Made by a program: the position numbers and the translations under genes
DNA from: the human T2T-CHM13v2.0 reference genome, Homo sapiens
Assembly: GCF_009914755.1 (NCBI RefSeq)
Contig: NC_060935.1
Strand: one strand, 5' to 3'
DNA: 64,000 bases
Notes under the pieces: generated by a model
What the model was told of the DNA's origin: nothing
Seen by the model: only the letters and a program-made list of their open reading frames with translations
Database searches by the model: none
Shown here: positions 18,171 through 32,399 of the stretch, piece by piece
Layout of the letters: every line of letters starts with the position of its first letter
Position numbering within the stretch: the stretch's first letter is position 1

Positions 18171-21100
18171 GTCTCCCTAAGAGTCTTGTCAACTCTCCTT
18201 TTCCATCTCTCTCTTGGTGTTGTCATTCCATCTGTCTTTCTATCATCCTTTTAGTCTCTCTTTGCCCTTTCTCTCTGCCTATCTCCCTTTCTCAGTTTCT
18301 GTCTCTGTCCTTCATCTCTCCTTCCCACAAAAATCTGCTCTCCTCCCACGTGAACATCTAATCAGTCAACAAATTTCTGTTGATTAAACTTCCTGAATAG
18401 CCGTCAGCTCTTCCCTTCTTTCTAGTCCCACTTCTAAGGCTCCTGGATCATAGCATTACTGCCTATACTTACAGTCACCCAGATACGTCCAAGAGCCCCT
18501 CATTGGACTTCCCACCTCTTGTATGGGCTCAGCTAGTTCATTCTCTACCCTCCTGCAGTTCCAATTAGGTCTCTTCCACAATTAACACCATCACTGGCTC
18601 TGTGTTGCCTACTGAAAAGTGCCCAACCAAGCTTCATCATAATCAGGTCCCTATTTCCCCAGCGTCCACTCTCTCCACCAGTGGCATAACTAGCTCAAAT
18701 GAGTCCCAAAGCAAAGCCCAACAGGGAGTGGATTCTGTTCTGCAAGAACAGTGCTTCTTTCTCCTGAAGGCAAGAAGGTGGGTTTGCATATAGAAAAGTG
18801 GGCTGGGTATGGAGGAAACCAGAGGAAAGCCTAGAGGGAGCAGAGAGGGGATTTTATTTCAGTACCTGCAGGGGGAGCCTACCAAAGAGAAGGAAGGAAT
18901 CCTGTAGGCCACTGTGGTCATGTGGTCTTTGCGGTCTGGTTGCTGCTGTGCAGAGACTACAAGTGATGCTAAAGCAGCCTGTGTCTTCCAGGTGGATAGG
19001 AAAATAGTCTGGGGTCACAGCAGAAAGTGTGGCCTCATCCAGCCACACCAACACCTTGTCCCTTTCAGCTGCCAGCTTTCAGCAATGCCGCCTCTAGCCC
19101 TGTCATTGAAATGAGCTCACTGCATATGCTTTAAAAGCTCACAGTTCCTGTGCAATGCAGAGGTTGCATATTCCTAGTTTCATAACTGCCTACCCCCTCC
19201 TCAGTCTTTTATGTTTCAACAACACCCAACACCTCACAATGTAGTAGCCACTGGGGGCAAGTATTGATAGATTTGTACACATGAATTCAATGAATATTTA
19301 AAGGCTACCTCCAGGGTGGGTAGGAGTCAGTTTGTATAGATTCCCGGGCACCTACAGCAAAGTAGATTCCAGCAGCTTTGAAGACAGTCAATCTACAAAG
19401 GGACACAGGTGCTGGCTACTGGGAATGAGCACACGCCGGGAGTCCGTGCACATGAAAATGGCAAAGGGATCTGAGGGGATATTGACAGAGCAGGACCAAA
19501 TCTGCTATAAAAAGGAGGTGTTTCAATTCTAGAGAAGGAGGTCCAGAGAAGACCTCCTTGAGAAGATGACATTTGAATAAGAACCTGCAGGAAGTATGAG
19601 CCAGCTATGCAGGTACTCCTAATTTCCATTGCAGTGCCTGGCATGTAGCATCTACTCCATGTTGTTTGTTAAATAGCTGAATGAATGGATGAACAATGAA
19701 CGATGTTTCATGTTTGCTTTCACTGGCATGAGAAGGATTCCAGGCTCCTGGTCCCTACCTTGAGATCGGATGCTGGAGCAGGTGACTTGTACCAGCCAGG
19801 AGGTCCAGCTGCAGGCCTCTTGCATCATCTCTCCTGCTGACCTCGCAGAGCCGGGAGAGAAATTTGCATTCCAAGTCCCACAGCATCCTGGTGAAGAAAA
19901 CACTCCAAGTGTTGGAGAGTTGCAAACTTGCTGGGTGCGTGTGGGCTGCCTCAGGAGCAACAAATGAGCCTGTGCAGATGGTGCTGAGATAAACGGCGCC
20001 ATCTTTTTACTGTAGCAGTACAGTCGTAATTTTCCAGAGACATTTATTAGGTGGCGTCTCCCTTCTGCGGGACTGTGCTGTGGCTGGCGTGTAGAGCTGT
20101 TGCAAGCAAGGTGGAGCACGGAACCCAGTGCTAATGGCGTGATGGGCACCCAAATCTCTCCCATTCCTTTCCTCTCATTCTCGAGTCTGACAATTTATAG
20201 GTTAGTTTGATGCTTGAAAAGCTGTGTCTCTCTAGTAATATGTATTCTTTGTAAGTATGCCCTGCTGTGGCATATCCTGAAAGAACTCCATCGGATAATT
20301 ATCTTCCCTTTTATTTATTCTCCTTCTTTTCACTTGATCTGCATCACTATAAAATATTCCAGTGGTCTCCTCTGAGTAGAAAGTCTTCTTCGTGATTGTA
20401 AAGTGTATTTATATACAGTATTAAATGCACACTAGGTGGCTCTTCATCACAGCACTTGCCTGATGAGACAGAGCTCTGTCCGTGGTGGGGTTGACGAGGT
20501 CCCACTATTTCCAGTTGGGAGAGGGAAAGCTGGGGTTTTTGAGGCCACTGGCTTGGCCACAGGCCCCAGTGGTATGGAGAGACCATCTCAGGAGCCTATG
20601 TTTAGCTTTAACTTCCCCTCAACACACCTTGACTTGGAGAAAGCAGCCATTCCCCCACTGCCTCTGGGATCTTTGCCCAGAATCCCCAGGGAGCCTCCTT
20701 TGCCATGGGAGTCTTGGTCCAACTTGGTCCAACTCCCCACTCTTCTCAGAATCTAGAGAAAGTGAGAGCTCACTAGTAGACCACAGCATCTGTGTCTGGG
20801 TCCTGGTGACTTGCTTGCTTTAGTGTCCTCCAGCCCTTTCATGTGCACATTGCTTCTCTAACTAGACAGAAAGCTCCCTGTGGACAGGCACAAGATCATC
20901 CACCTCTCTTGATTTCCCCAAAGCCTTAAGCACAGAGTTGGGTGATCAACTTACGATGAGCAGTAAATAGGTATTGCCTTGAGTCCCTTTCTAGGAAGCA
21001 CTGGCGGATTAGGTCCTTCATTCCATGTCCTTGATGCTCATATTAACTTGCATATTTAATACACGGCTTTGTCAAATATTTAAAAGTCTCTTCAACCAGA

Positions 21101-21699
21101 TGACAAGCCCCTGTAGCATCTTACAATCTCAGAACTGGAAGCCTCTTCAGGGGTCCCACTGTCCTCCTTACATCCAGTGTATGACTATGAATCCTGGAAT
21201 TTCTTTTGCTCTTTTTTTTATTCTCTCAATGCCCAGATTATATAACTGGAATAAAAAAGATGCAAAAAATAATCTAGAAAGAAAACGTACTTAGAGTCAA
21301 GACACCTGGGTTCTAGTCAATTCCTTCACAGAGTCACAGAACCTTTCTGGCCTTTATTTTCCTCATCCATAAAATATGGAAATACTTATAATCTTACAAA
21401 AGCTAAAGATCTAAAGGTCTTTTGGCTCAACCTTCTGCTCCCAGATGGGTATCTGTGTAACCTGGAAAGGCTGCCAGAGGGGGGATCTCAACAACTTTAC
21501 TTAACAACTTTACCTGTGTTCTTACCTAGGGTTTAACCACCCTGGAGTTAAGAATGTCATCCTTTTGCCTCTATGTCTTGCTTGTAGTTCAGGCAGAATC
21601 TCTGTGTTCCTCAATTGCTTACCAGGGAGAGTGTAGGTATTTCTCCTTCCACCATCTGGAGCTGAGAAGGGGAAGTTTAGAGTGAGGGCTGGGTGTGGA

Positions 21700-21875
21700 C
21701 CTTCCAGGGGAAATAGTTCTCCATCCAGCTTTGCATCAGGAACACCTGTGGAGCTTTCAACACCTGCACAGGCCAGGGGCACATCTTGGATCCGTTGGAT
21801 TGGAGCCTCTGGGGATTGGGTCCCTGCGTCTGTGTTTTTCAAGACTGCCCCCAGTTGATTCTGAAGCTCCAGCAG
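21700..21875. mobile_element. MER5-family fragment
   Basis: agttctccatcc...gcatcaggaacacctgtggagctt...tctgtgtttttcaag...gttgattctga. Confidence 0.5.
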
Positions 21876-24874
21876 AGTTCAAGGGCCATGTGGGGATCCT
21901 ATGGCCCTTCTCCCTCACCCTCTACCTCTGTAGGTAGGAATTGGGAATACCTTTGGGGTCTCAGCTTCTATCACTGGGTTTGGTGGTAGGAATTATAAAC
22001 AAGGCAGATAATAGACTCCACTTCAGGACCACTAGACTCCACTTCAGGACCACAGCAGCAGCTGAGTACCACAGCCTTGGGACAAACCAAGGGCAGCAGA
22101 GAAAGTCGAAAACCCAGAATGGGGCTGAAAAGGACCATGGTGATCCTGTATCCTGGCAGCACTGCCTGGAGAAGCCGTCACCCACACCAGCTGCCTGGCA
22201 AGTTGGGTTGATGCAGTGCTTCCTCTCCTGGTCACCTGTGGAGTATACTTTTCTGATGTCCATCTCACTCAGGTTCCCAAGTGCATACAGGCTAGCTGCT
22301 AAGATCAGGTAGGTTCCCTGCCTTCTAGAAGCTTAACATCTATAGCAATGCCCCATCCTTCATCCTACTCCCAAGCCTCAGCCTCTGCCTTATGTAGAGA
22401 ACTTCTCAATGCCAAAGCTCCTGAGGCCTCTCTCCTATAAACCCTACTGTTGAGTTTCCATAGCCTACCCAAGATCCCTGCCTTCCAGATGAGGCTGAAT
22501 GTGCCTTAGACCACAGTAGGAAAAGGGTCTTTGTCCTAGCTCTTGAGGAAGGAGGGACATGGCCACTCATGGTCATCCCTTGCAGGGTTTCACATTTTGG
22601 GCCAGACCCCTCTTCTACACCTGCCTCTGGGTCTTACCTGGTCTCAAGACCTTCCTAACTCTCCTCTGTACATTTTTGGCCTTCTTGGCTTCTCTGACCC
22701 AAGCTTCTCCCATTGTCTTCTTGACTTATGCAGATATTCCTTATTTCCAATCTCCTCTCCCACGTCTCAGCCTGCCCCCTTGGCCTCTCTCTGAATGCGG
22801 GAAAGTTTAGCACAGGGAGTGCCAAGTGGGGTTTCCCATCTCTTTCGGAGTACTCTTCTGGAAAGGAAATTTCTGAGCTCTCCAAACCACAGCCTGGGGC
22901 ATTGCCATGGGAGGTGGCCTGATGGATGAGAGGTGCCCTGGCACGGGCATCTTCTAGGGAGATCCAGGGTCTTGAAGCATTCTCTCTTGTCACACCTGGC
23001 TTGACCTGTTCCCAGGAAGTTCCCTTTCTACAGCCAACCATTCTCCTCTATCTTATCCAAGGCTGGAGGGCCAGTTACAAGCTCCGAAAATGAGCTGGGA
23101 AGAAATGCCTTTCCCCCTGGCATTGTGGTGTGCTCTTCTCACCCAGGGAACCTTCCAGGCACCACTGAAAGTTCAGCAGCAGCTGTTCGGCATTTACATT
23201 TTACACAGTGCAAGGTTATTTGACTGCCAGGATTCGATCCTCTCTAGTTAATAACCTTGACTTATGGAATAATAGCAGCAATGGCTCAGTTTCTTTTCCT
23301 GCCAGGGATTCCTGCTGCTGGGAGTGGTGGGTGAGCATAGACCCCGCTCTCCAAGACCTTCTGTCTTCTTGTCCTTCAATGAAGGAGACCCTGTAGGACT
23401 GGAGAAGTATGCTCAGGTCTGCTACGAGCATCTCCCGTACGTCCTCTCTTTGCTTAACAAGCCTCCTTAGAACTAACTGGTCCCCTCCTTTGGGCACACC
23501 TTTCCTGACTCTTGTCCTCCTTAGTCTGCAGCAAAGTAGAATGGGCTACAATCTTGATCCTTCTCCTCTCTGGGAGTACTTCCTGGCAAGGGTTAACTGT
23601 GTGTATAAAATTGATTGCGATTTTAGTAATTCGGTATAATCACAGTCTACCAGCAGGTTGCTTTTCCAGCAGGAGGGTTTGGAATTATTTTCTGGAGTTT
23701 GCAATATAGAACTTAAATTAAGCCTCGGAAGTCAGGGGAGCTCCGCAGCATCCCTAATGCGGTGCTAAATTCTCAGCAGCACAGTCTCCGTGTTAAAGCC
23801 TTCGCTGGCAATTAGGTTCATTAACTATCACAATACCTTATTTATTACTCATCGTGCCATATGGTTTCCCAGCTAAAGAATGGCGCCCGTTCTCCTACAG
23901 ACCATTTGGCATCATAAAAATGTTAACAAATAATATTATGGCTCTCGGGGGCACAAGGCCTCGCTGGGTTCTGGGTCTGAGCGGCGGGAGAGAATATGAA
24001 AACATTTTTCTTCTATGGCGAAGTAAAAAATTCCTCAAGACAGAAGTATTCAAAGAATAGAGCACTTGCATAACATAAATGGGAGTTTTATTTACCCTCA
24101 TAATGGTTATGTCAATATTTGCATCAGCTGGGACTGTCACTCATCTTCCTCCCCGCTCTCTTTTGGGGTTGTTTTCACTTTCATCTTTCCCCTCTTACTT
24201 CTTTATTTCTGTGGCATGAGGTCAATCTCAGCCCACACCACCCCAAGGCCTGGGGGTTTGCTGCTGATGGGGTGATGGATGCGCTCGGGATTCTCCCAAT
24301 TCATCTGCTCCTGGGGTCCATCATAGCCCAGCCCCCTGGCCCTGGCAGCCTGCTGGGTTCTAATCCCTCCTCAGGGCTTTGTCTCCCTGTTCTGCCTTCT
24401 TCAGCCGGTGTTTTCAGTAGAAACTGGAAATGGATGCATGTGCCAATGTTGCCCTGTGTTGAGCAACGCATTCTGCTGCCCAGGCCTTGCCAGTCCTCCC
24501 ACTGTGGAGGGTGGGGCCGGGGTGGTCAGAGCAGGAAGAGGAGACTTCAGGAGGGGTGGAGAGATGCACCTCCTAGGGCCAATCCGACAAAGCCATCTCA
24601 AGAGGACGAAGCATCTCCCTGTCCTTTATCCCCTGGATGTAGAAGTGCAAGGCATTTGCCTTGGGGCTACAAGCAAAGAACTACAGCAGGAACTCGGGGG
24701 GCTCTTTAGTAAGCAGGTCCTCCAGCTGTGAGGGGCTCCCCTCATCTCCCAGCTGCAGCGTCCTCTGAATGAAGGGTGTGCCTGGGCAGTATTCCCATGC
24801 AGGTTCCAGAGAGTACCTTGTACTTTACCTTTTCTCAAATGACTCCTTGGACCTGGATGGCAACTGTCTTTGGA

Positions 24875-25100
24875 AAGCCATCAAATGTAATGGTTAAAAT
24901 GATAAACCCTAGAGTCTCTCATTTCAAATCCTAGTGTCACCATTTACTTATCTGTGTAACCTTTTTATGGCTCAGTGTCTTCATCTGTAAAACGAGGATA
25001 AAAATAGTACCTTGCCATAGGGTCATTCCTACAACTAAATGAGTTGGTCTCTTTAAGGGCCTAGGACAGTAGCTGGCACAAGGCAAGTGCTACACAGGGG
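24875..25100 (+). mobile_element. MIR
   Basis: ttcaaatcctag...ctcagtgtcttcatctgtaaaacgaggata. Confidence 0.7.
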
Positions 25101-25129
25101 AGAGCTGGGATTGGGGAAGGCTCTACTGA

Positions 25130-25448
<319 letters not shown>

Positions 25449-26345
25449 GAACCATCTCTTTCTTTTGCTCTGATGTTTCCTTTTATCCCTTTGAGGCATT
25501 TGGGAGGGTGGACTGCTCCCAATTCCACAATCATACTGCATCATCCCACATCCTGATTCTGACCCTGAGGTCAAGCCATGTGGGCAGGGGCAGCGCCAGG
25601 GTGACATTTCCCTCATTTCCACATCATTTCCTCCACTGGACCATGTGTCGTTTGGGGCTTACAACTACATGACTTCCCCCGCACACACTACCCCTACCCT
25701 CAAACCATGGCAGCCAAGGCTGCTAAGGACCTGAATGGAATCAGAGACTCAGAATGTCAGGCTGGATGAAACCTTAGAGATGACCAGAGAAGGCAGTGAT
25801 GAGGCCACCATTATACAGCAGGGAGAGGGCAGAGGCCAGTCCCTAGAATACATTCCCATCCTCCAGCTCCACTCAGCAGACCAGTGAGGAAGGGAACTGA
25901 GTGCAGCAGAGGAGAACTTGAAATTAAATTCCATTAAGTGCCAATCACATGCAAAGCACAGAAGGGATCAGGCCTCATTGCTGGAATCAGCGGATGAGGC
26001 TTTGAGATGAGCTGACTCTAGCATAGCAATGCAGGGAGAGCTGCCCCTCATGCCCAACCTGCTGAACCTGAGTCCTTCAGGTTACTCTGGGTGAGAACAG
26101 TGTCAAAGGAAAGCCTGTTCCCATTTTCATGAGCCTGCTTCATCATTTGAGGTGAGAGTCATACAGATTGCCCTACCCAGTTGGCCCAGCAGGTTCCTCC
26201 GGAAGCTTTCCTCTGTCCGTAGGCACCTGGCTTCCTTTCTGGCTAGTTTTCTCCTACTAGTTGCAGCTGACCAGTTTGTTTCCCCTGGATTCTTCTAGGA
26301 GGGAGGGTGCAGGGCCTGGGGTTATGCAGTGATAATATGCAAAGA

Positions 26346-26349
26346 TGTG

Positions 26350-26380
<31 letters not shown>

Positions 26381-26385
26381 TGTGT
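26346..26385. repeat. (TG)n microsatellite
   Basis: Seen directly. Confidence 0.95.
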
Positions 26386-26758
26386 TCCTACATGCACAGA
26401 TACAAGCAAATACTATACCTAAGTATGTGCATAGTTCAGTGATATATTCTTTTTTTCTTTCAGTACATGTAATCAGATTCCCAGAGGTCACGTTCCTGAT
26501 CTATCACCCAAGAACTGTGTGTCTTTGGGCATGTTTCCTGATACCTCTCTGCCTCATCTTTCCCCATTTGTAAATGGGAGTCATCAAAGGTTCTACCTCA
26601 AAGTACTGCTGTGATGATTAAACACAACCTATTCAAAGCTTAAAACATCATCCTGTAGTGTGCACTGAATAAATACTAGCTATTACTGTACTCATTAATA
26701 TTATGCATGATCATCTACCATGGGGCAGGTTCTAGTATCTATCTAGCTATCTATGTAC

Positions 26759-26759
<1 letters not shown>

Positions 26760-26818
<59 letters not shown>

Positions 26819-26820
26819 TA
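26760..26820. repeat. Compound (TA)n(CA)n microsatellite
   Basis: About 20 TA units followed by about 9 CA units. Confidence 0.95.
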
Positions 26821-27834
26821 TTTCCCTATATTTTCTCATTTAGTCTTTACAGCAATCTGTAAGATAGATATTCCCTTCTCTATTTTGCAGAAGGCAAGGC
26901 ATGCTCAGAGGGGTCGAGTTACTCATGGAAACACAGGCATTGGAGCCCATATGCCTGGACTCTAAGTCTGGTGCTCACTCCACCATAAGGTGTTGCCTTT
27001 CCTCTGCCTCCTGAAAGGACAGGCATGGGGAGTGCAAGTCTCCATTCCCATGGGACCTCCGTGAGGGCTGAGGCACCAAGACAGACTGTCCCACTCCTGA
27101 GGGTCACTCTGCCTCTGGATGTTGCCTCTGGCCAGCTCCCGCAGTCTGGGAAGGAGAGGGTCAGGCCAGTCAGGCCCGGGGGACAGGGGTCTCACCAGGA
27201 CTTTGATCTACAGCCACATGTAGGGGAAGGAAGGGCAGCTTGGGACAGGCAACGCAATCAGGAGTGGATGTACCAAAAGCTGAGACCATAAGAAAGAGAA
27301 ATGAGGAGAAGCAGAGTATCAGGAGATCATTTTCAGGAACATTAGATAGAGGCCAGAAAGGAGAAGTGGGTAATTTTAATCCCATGCAGCTGCTGGAAAT
27401 TAATTTAATTGTGCTGGTGCTGGCTCTTCTCCCTTCAAACCCGTTTCATCAGGGCCTGATGGAGTGATGAGACCGAGGAAGACAGCCCGGCCGCGCCAGC
27501 CAGCAGCCCTGGGTATGCAGCTCCAGGCCGGACTTCCTCCCGTTCCTATGGCTGCTACCAGAGAAGATGGGAAAACTGGCACTTTTTCAATCTAGACGTT
27601 TCTCCTCTTGACAGGGGACTGAAGTGAGACAACAGGAAGAACTTCCCAACAGCAAAGAGTGTGAACTATGCGAATACGTGAAGGCGGCTGCAAACCATCT
27701 TCTCTAACTCTTAAGGATAGAGAGACATTGGTAGGACCCTTCGCCTCCTGAGTCTGCACCTAGTGTATGAGTTCCACCTCAGCTCACTCACTCCATGCAG
27801 GCACACGGACCCACACCACAGTCAGACATCAGCA

Positions 27835-27862
27835 TCACACACACACACACACACACACACAC
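27835..27862. repeat. (CA)n microsatellite
   Basis: Seen directly. Confidence 0.9.
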
Positions 27863-28069
27863 TGTCAGGCAGGCACGAAGTCCACACTGGTGTCTGACAC
27901 TGGATGCAGGGACAGACTGGATCAAGGACAGACAGCCATATGCAGACACTGACATTACACCCAGCGCAGACATCCACAGTAGAGGCGAACGAATGCCCAC
28001 TTTTGCCCAATGGCTCTCTATCAGGCTGCACGTTAGAATTCCCTGGGAGTTTTTTTGTGGGGTGCGTGG

Positions 28070-28362
28070 GGGCTTTGAGACAGGGTCTTGCTCTGTCGCC
28101 CAGGCTGGAGTGCCGTGGCACGATCATAGCTCACCACAGCCTCCACCATTCAGGCTCAACCCATCCTCCCACCTCAGCCCTCCTAGTAGCTGAGACTGAC
28201 TACAGGCACGCGCCACCATGCCCGGCTAATTTTTGTATTTTTTGCCAAGACAGGGTTTTGCCATGTTGGCCAGGCTGGTCTCAAACTCCTGGGCTCAAGT
28301 GATCCACCCACCTTGGCCTCCCAAAATGCTGAGATTACAGGCGTGAGCCACCGCGCTCAGCC
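28070..28362 (-). mobile_element. AluJ/S inserted in a MER5-type element (~28005-28515)
   Basis: Alu dimer; flanks ctgcacgttagaattccctgggag and aagctcccaggtgatcccaatgtgcaaaccagggctgagaac. Confidence 0.8.
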
Positions 28363-28504
28363 TCCAAGGGAGCTTTAACAACGATATCCACGCTCAGGTC
28401 CCACAGTCGGCGCTTCTGACTTAATTCTGAACAAAAGCCTGCAGTGGGGCTTGCACAGTGGTAGTTTTCAAAGCTCCCAGGTGATCCCAATGTGCAAACC
28501 AGGG

Positions 28505-28975
28505 CTGAGAACGCGCCTTGAGAGGTACCTTCCTTCCCACTCTGGCCTAGCGCCCGTTCGGTTCTGCCCGGTGACCACTAGAGGTCAGCAGGGCTTGGAG
28601 GACGTGGCCGCGGGTGGCCCAGCAGGGTCCCGCCCGGCGCTGCGCTCTGGCTGCGGCGGGACCGTCAGCCTTCTCCCCTTCTGGCCTCCAGCGGACGGAG
28701 GTCAGGCGCTGACTTGGCCCCGGGCTAAGAGGGGACGCCGCAAGGGGGCAGGGGCGGCCTGCTGGCAAAATCAGGCCCGTGAGCCGCAGAAAGTCAACTT
28801 CACTTGGAAGGTTTTTAAAAAGCATCCCAGATTGAAGCCTCACAATCCCGCCCCCACCCTTCCGCAGCGGGAGCCTCTCTGCACCAGGATTCTCTGACCT
28901 GGTCACTGCCTGGCCCTGTGCGCGGGTGGGCGCGAGCTTCACGCGCACTCACAGCCAGCCCGGCACTCCAGGGCC
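28505..28975. promoter_or_regulatory. Small orphan CpG-rich island, candidate distal element
   Basis: Abrupt CpG/GC enrichment in non-repeat sequence within otherwise CpG-depleted DNA. Confidence 0.7.
28572..28590 (+). promoter_or_regulatory. CTCF-like motif
   Basis: tgaCCACTAGAGGTCAGca; one mismatch to the CCASYAGRKGGCRS core. Confidence 0.65.
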
Positions 28976-29649
28976 CCCATAAGTATAAAATAACTATTCT
29001 GTCTTTTCCGTAGGAGGAGCCAGCATTTGGATCCCAAGGGTTGTTTATTTTGACTCACTGCTGTTTTTGCTGGAGAAGGGTAAAACAGAAAGTTCCTTTA
29101 CTTTGGCTAAGATGTGGCACACATAACTGCCCTGAGCCCGAATTTCTGATGAGCAAATAGAAGCGGACCAGTGGTTCAATCTTCCTTCATCATCTTCAAA
29201 AAGAATAACACCCAAGGGCACATAGGATTGGCTTCTCTACATTTCAATTTAAGAGAAATGGAAAGAAGACTCATCTACCACTGAAGATACCTGAACTCAA
29301 AAATGAAAAATAAGATGGCCTCCCTGATCAGCTCCAGGTTCTTCCTTCCTAGTTCTGGCTCCTGGACACCTCATGACCACATTGCGCATTTGCACTCTTA
29401 GTGAGTGCTGCTCATAACAGGGTATTATGATTCCTCTTATAGAGTCCACCTTTCATTCCAAATTGTGAGGCTGCTGGATGGCAGAATAAGTTCTGGGCAC
29501 ATAGTAGGTGCACAATAAACATTTGTTAAACCAAAATGTTTGTTGTCAATCTTGTCTTCAATCTAACTTGTCTAATATGTAAAACCAACCCAGAGAGAAA
29601 CTTTTCTAGACCCTTCTCTGTTAAGCTCCACACAGGTCCCCATTCTTTT

Positions 29650-29963
<314 letters not shown>

Positions 29964-30870
29964 ACAAGACCCCATTCTTAACTTGCAAATGTTTGGTGAA
30001 GTTTGCTAAACCCTACCTACCCTCCCAAGAGACGGTGATTGGGTAGGTTTAGGGTGGGGTTCAGGAACTTGCATTTGTAACAACTGAGAATGGTGATTCT
30101 GAAATTATCAAGGGGGAATGCATTCTCTCTCTGCTGCCCCCCATCTCCAGGCTAGGCTCTTTTTATAGCCTTGACTTCAGCTCTGGTCCAGGGAGACAGG
30201 CTAGGATGGGGTTTGACACTTCTAAGGGGGCTGCAGTCCTTTTGTCCTCCTAGCAGGATGAGCTGTGAGCCGCTCTCACTGGTTCCGGCGCCAAGGTCAT
30301 CAGGGCGGCTCTCCCTCTCCACCTGGCCTGGTTCTCTCTCAATGGCTCTTCTGTCTTTTCTCCTAACTCCTAATTTATGCTACGCCTTTCCTTGGTTCTC
30401 CTTACCAATCCCAGGAGCTGATGCAGGGCAAACATTCTGGGTCCACACCCCACTATGGGATAATTGTGGGGCTGTTTGAAACTTGACCTGTTGACCAAAC
30501 TTGGGGCCCTTGTGGATGTGGTTCTGGGTCTTGCCCTGGCCCTTAATGGAGTGAAGAAATGAGGGGCAGCCAGTGGAAAGAGGGCTCTGGGGACCTAGAG
30601 TTTAATTTCTGTGTTATCCAGCAACCTGGGCCCGCCTGGCTACCGCCTGGATCTCCATCAAAACCTTCTCCAAAGAGCCACAGATCACGATGATACAGCC
30701 CTTTCTCTTTTCTCACAAAGACACTGTCAAAAAGGCTGCCATGCAGCGAGCCATCTCCATGATCCCATCTAGATTAGGGCAAAAGAAAAAAAAAGCTATA
30801 ATTAAAATAGCTACATAATTGAACACTTACTATGTTCCAGACATTAGACTAGGCACCTTTATATACATTA

Positions 30871-31230
<360 letters not shown>

Positions 31231-32399
31231 TTACCAGCTCCATTTTACAGATGAGACCCAGAAAGTTTAAGCAATTTGCCCAGGACAGACAGCCAGTAAG
31301 TGGCAGAGATGGGATTTGAACTCACATCTGTCTGGCCAATGCTCAACCTTAAAACAAAATAAAAGGTAAAGCCTCTTATTATTCTGTCCAAGCATTCTAG
31401 AACAAAGTGCTTAGGGCCAACAAAGGTCTATGAAACTGCCTGACACCTGACAAATTGCACTGATTCCAAAATGCAAAGAGAAAATGATGAAACTGAAAGG
31501 TTTAAAAACATTTATTTAAATGACAACAAAACAACATTGTGACAAAGTAGTTAACACAGCTCACATGTTATGCAGTTTTATAGAAACGATTTTAATGAGG
31601 GGCATATGCACATTCTGATAAGCTGATGGTGGCCTCTAAGGGAGATCCTAGGATCTTCCCCTACGATACTCACCACCAAAACCTCCCTCACCCCACCTGG
31701 CCCTGTCACCTGCCCAGGTTCCTACAATAGAAATGTGAAGGAATGCAAGGAGGACCAGAATAAATCCAGCTCTGAGCAACCTCCTGACAGCCACTTATTA
31801 TGTCAATTTTCCTGCCTGCAGAATGGGGATGATATATTTGTCCTACTTAACTCCCAAGATAGGCGTAAGGCTCAAATAAAACCATCTTTTAAAGAGCATC
31901 AAGTCTCGTGGTCTATCCGAGACTGGATTGTAAAAAAACAAGGAGAGATAGTTCTGGGATGATAATCTCTCAAAACAGAAGAGATGGCCTCAAATCAAAA
32001 CAAGAAAACATTTAAATAATTTTTATAAGTGAAAAAAATTCCCAGTCTCTTATGTTACTCTGTTCTATCCCAGATCTCACGGGGTTTCAGATTTCATAAG
32101 GATGATTACCAACACTTACAGAGCTCTTCTCATTCCTCATCCCATGCAATCATCCTAACTATCTTGTAAAGTAAGTAGGACTCTCTTGCCTTTTTTGTTT
32201 GTTTGTTTGTTTTTGGTAACAGATGCAATATAGCTGATGCTCAGAGAGATGAAGTGACTTGCTTAGGGTCACCCAAATTGTAAGAGCTAAAGCTTCTAAG
32301 ACTGATCCAGACACCAACGCCATTTATTAGCTGTGTGAACTTAGCTACAAATGTCACTCTCTGAGCCTGAATTTTCTCATTTGGAAATAGGTATAACAC

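Noticed and set aside
22655-23497. Minus-strand ORFs (e.g. RRLVKQREDVREMLVADLSILLQSY) that look slightly protein-like
   Set aside because: No family recognised and no clear exon structure or poly(A)/TSD. A tBLASTx or PhyloCSF search would be needed to call a pseudogene.
24119-24709. 196-aa ORF
   Set aside because: No domain or codon-bias evidence; starts at a non-ATG codon.
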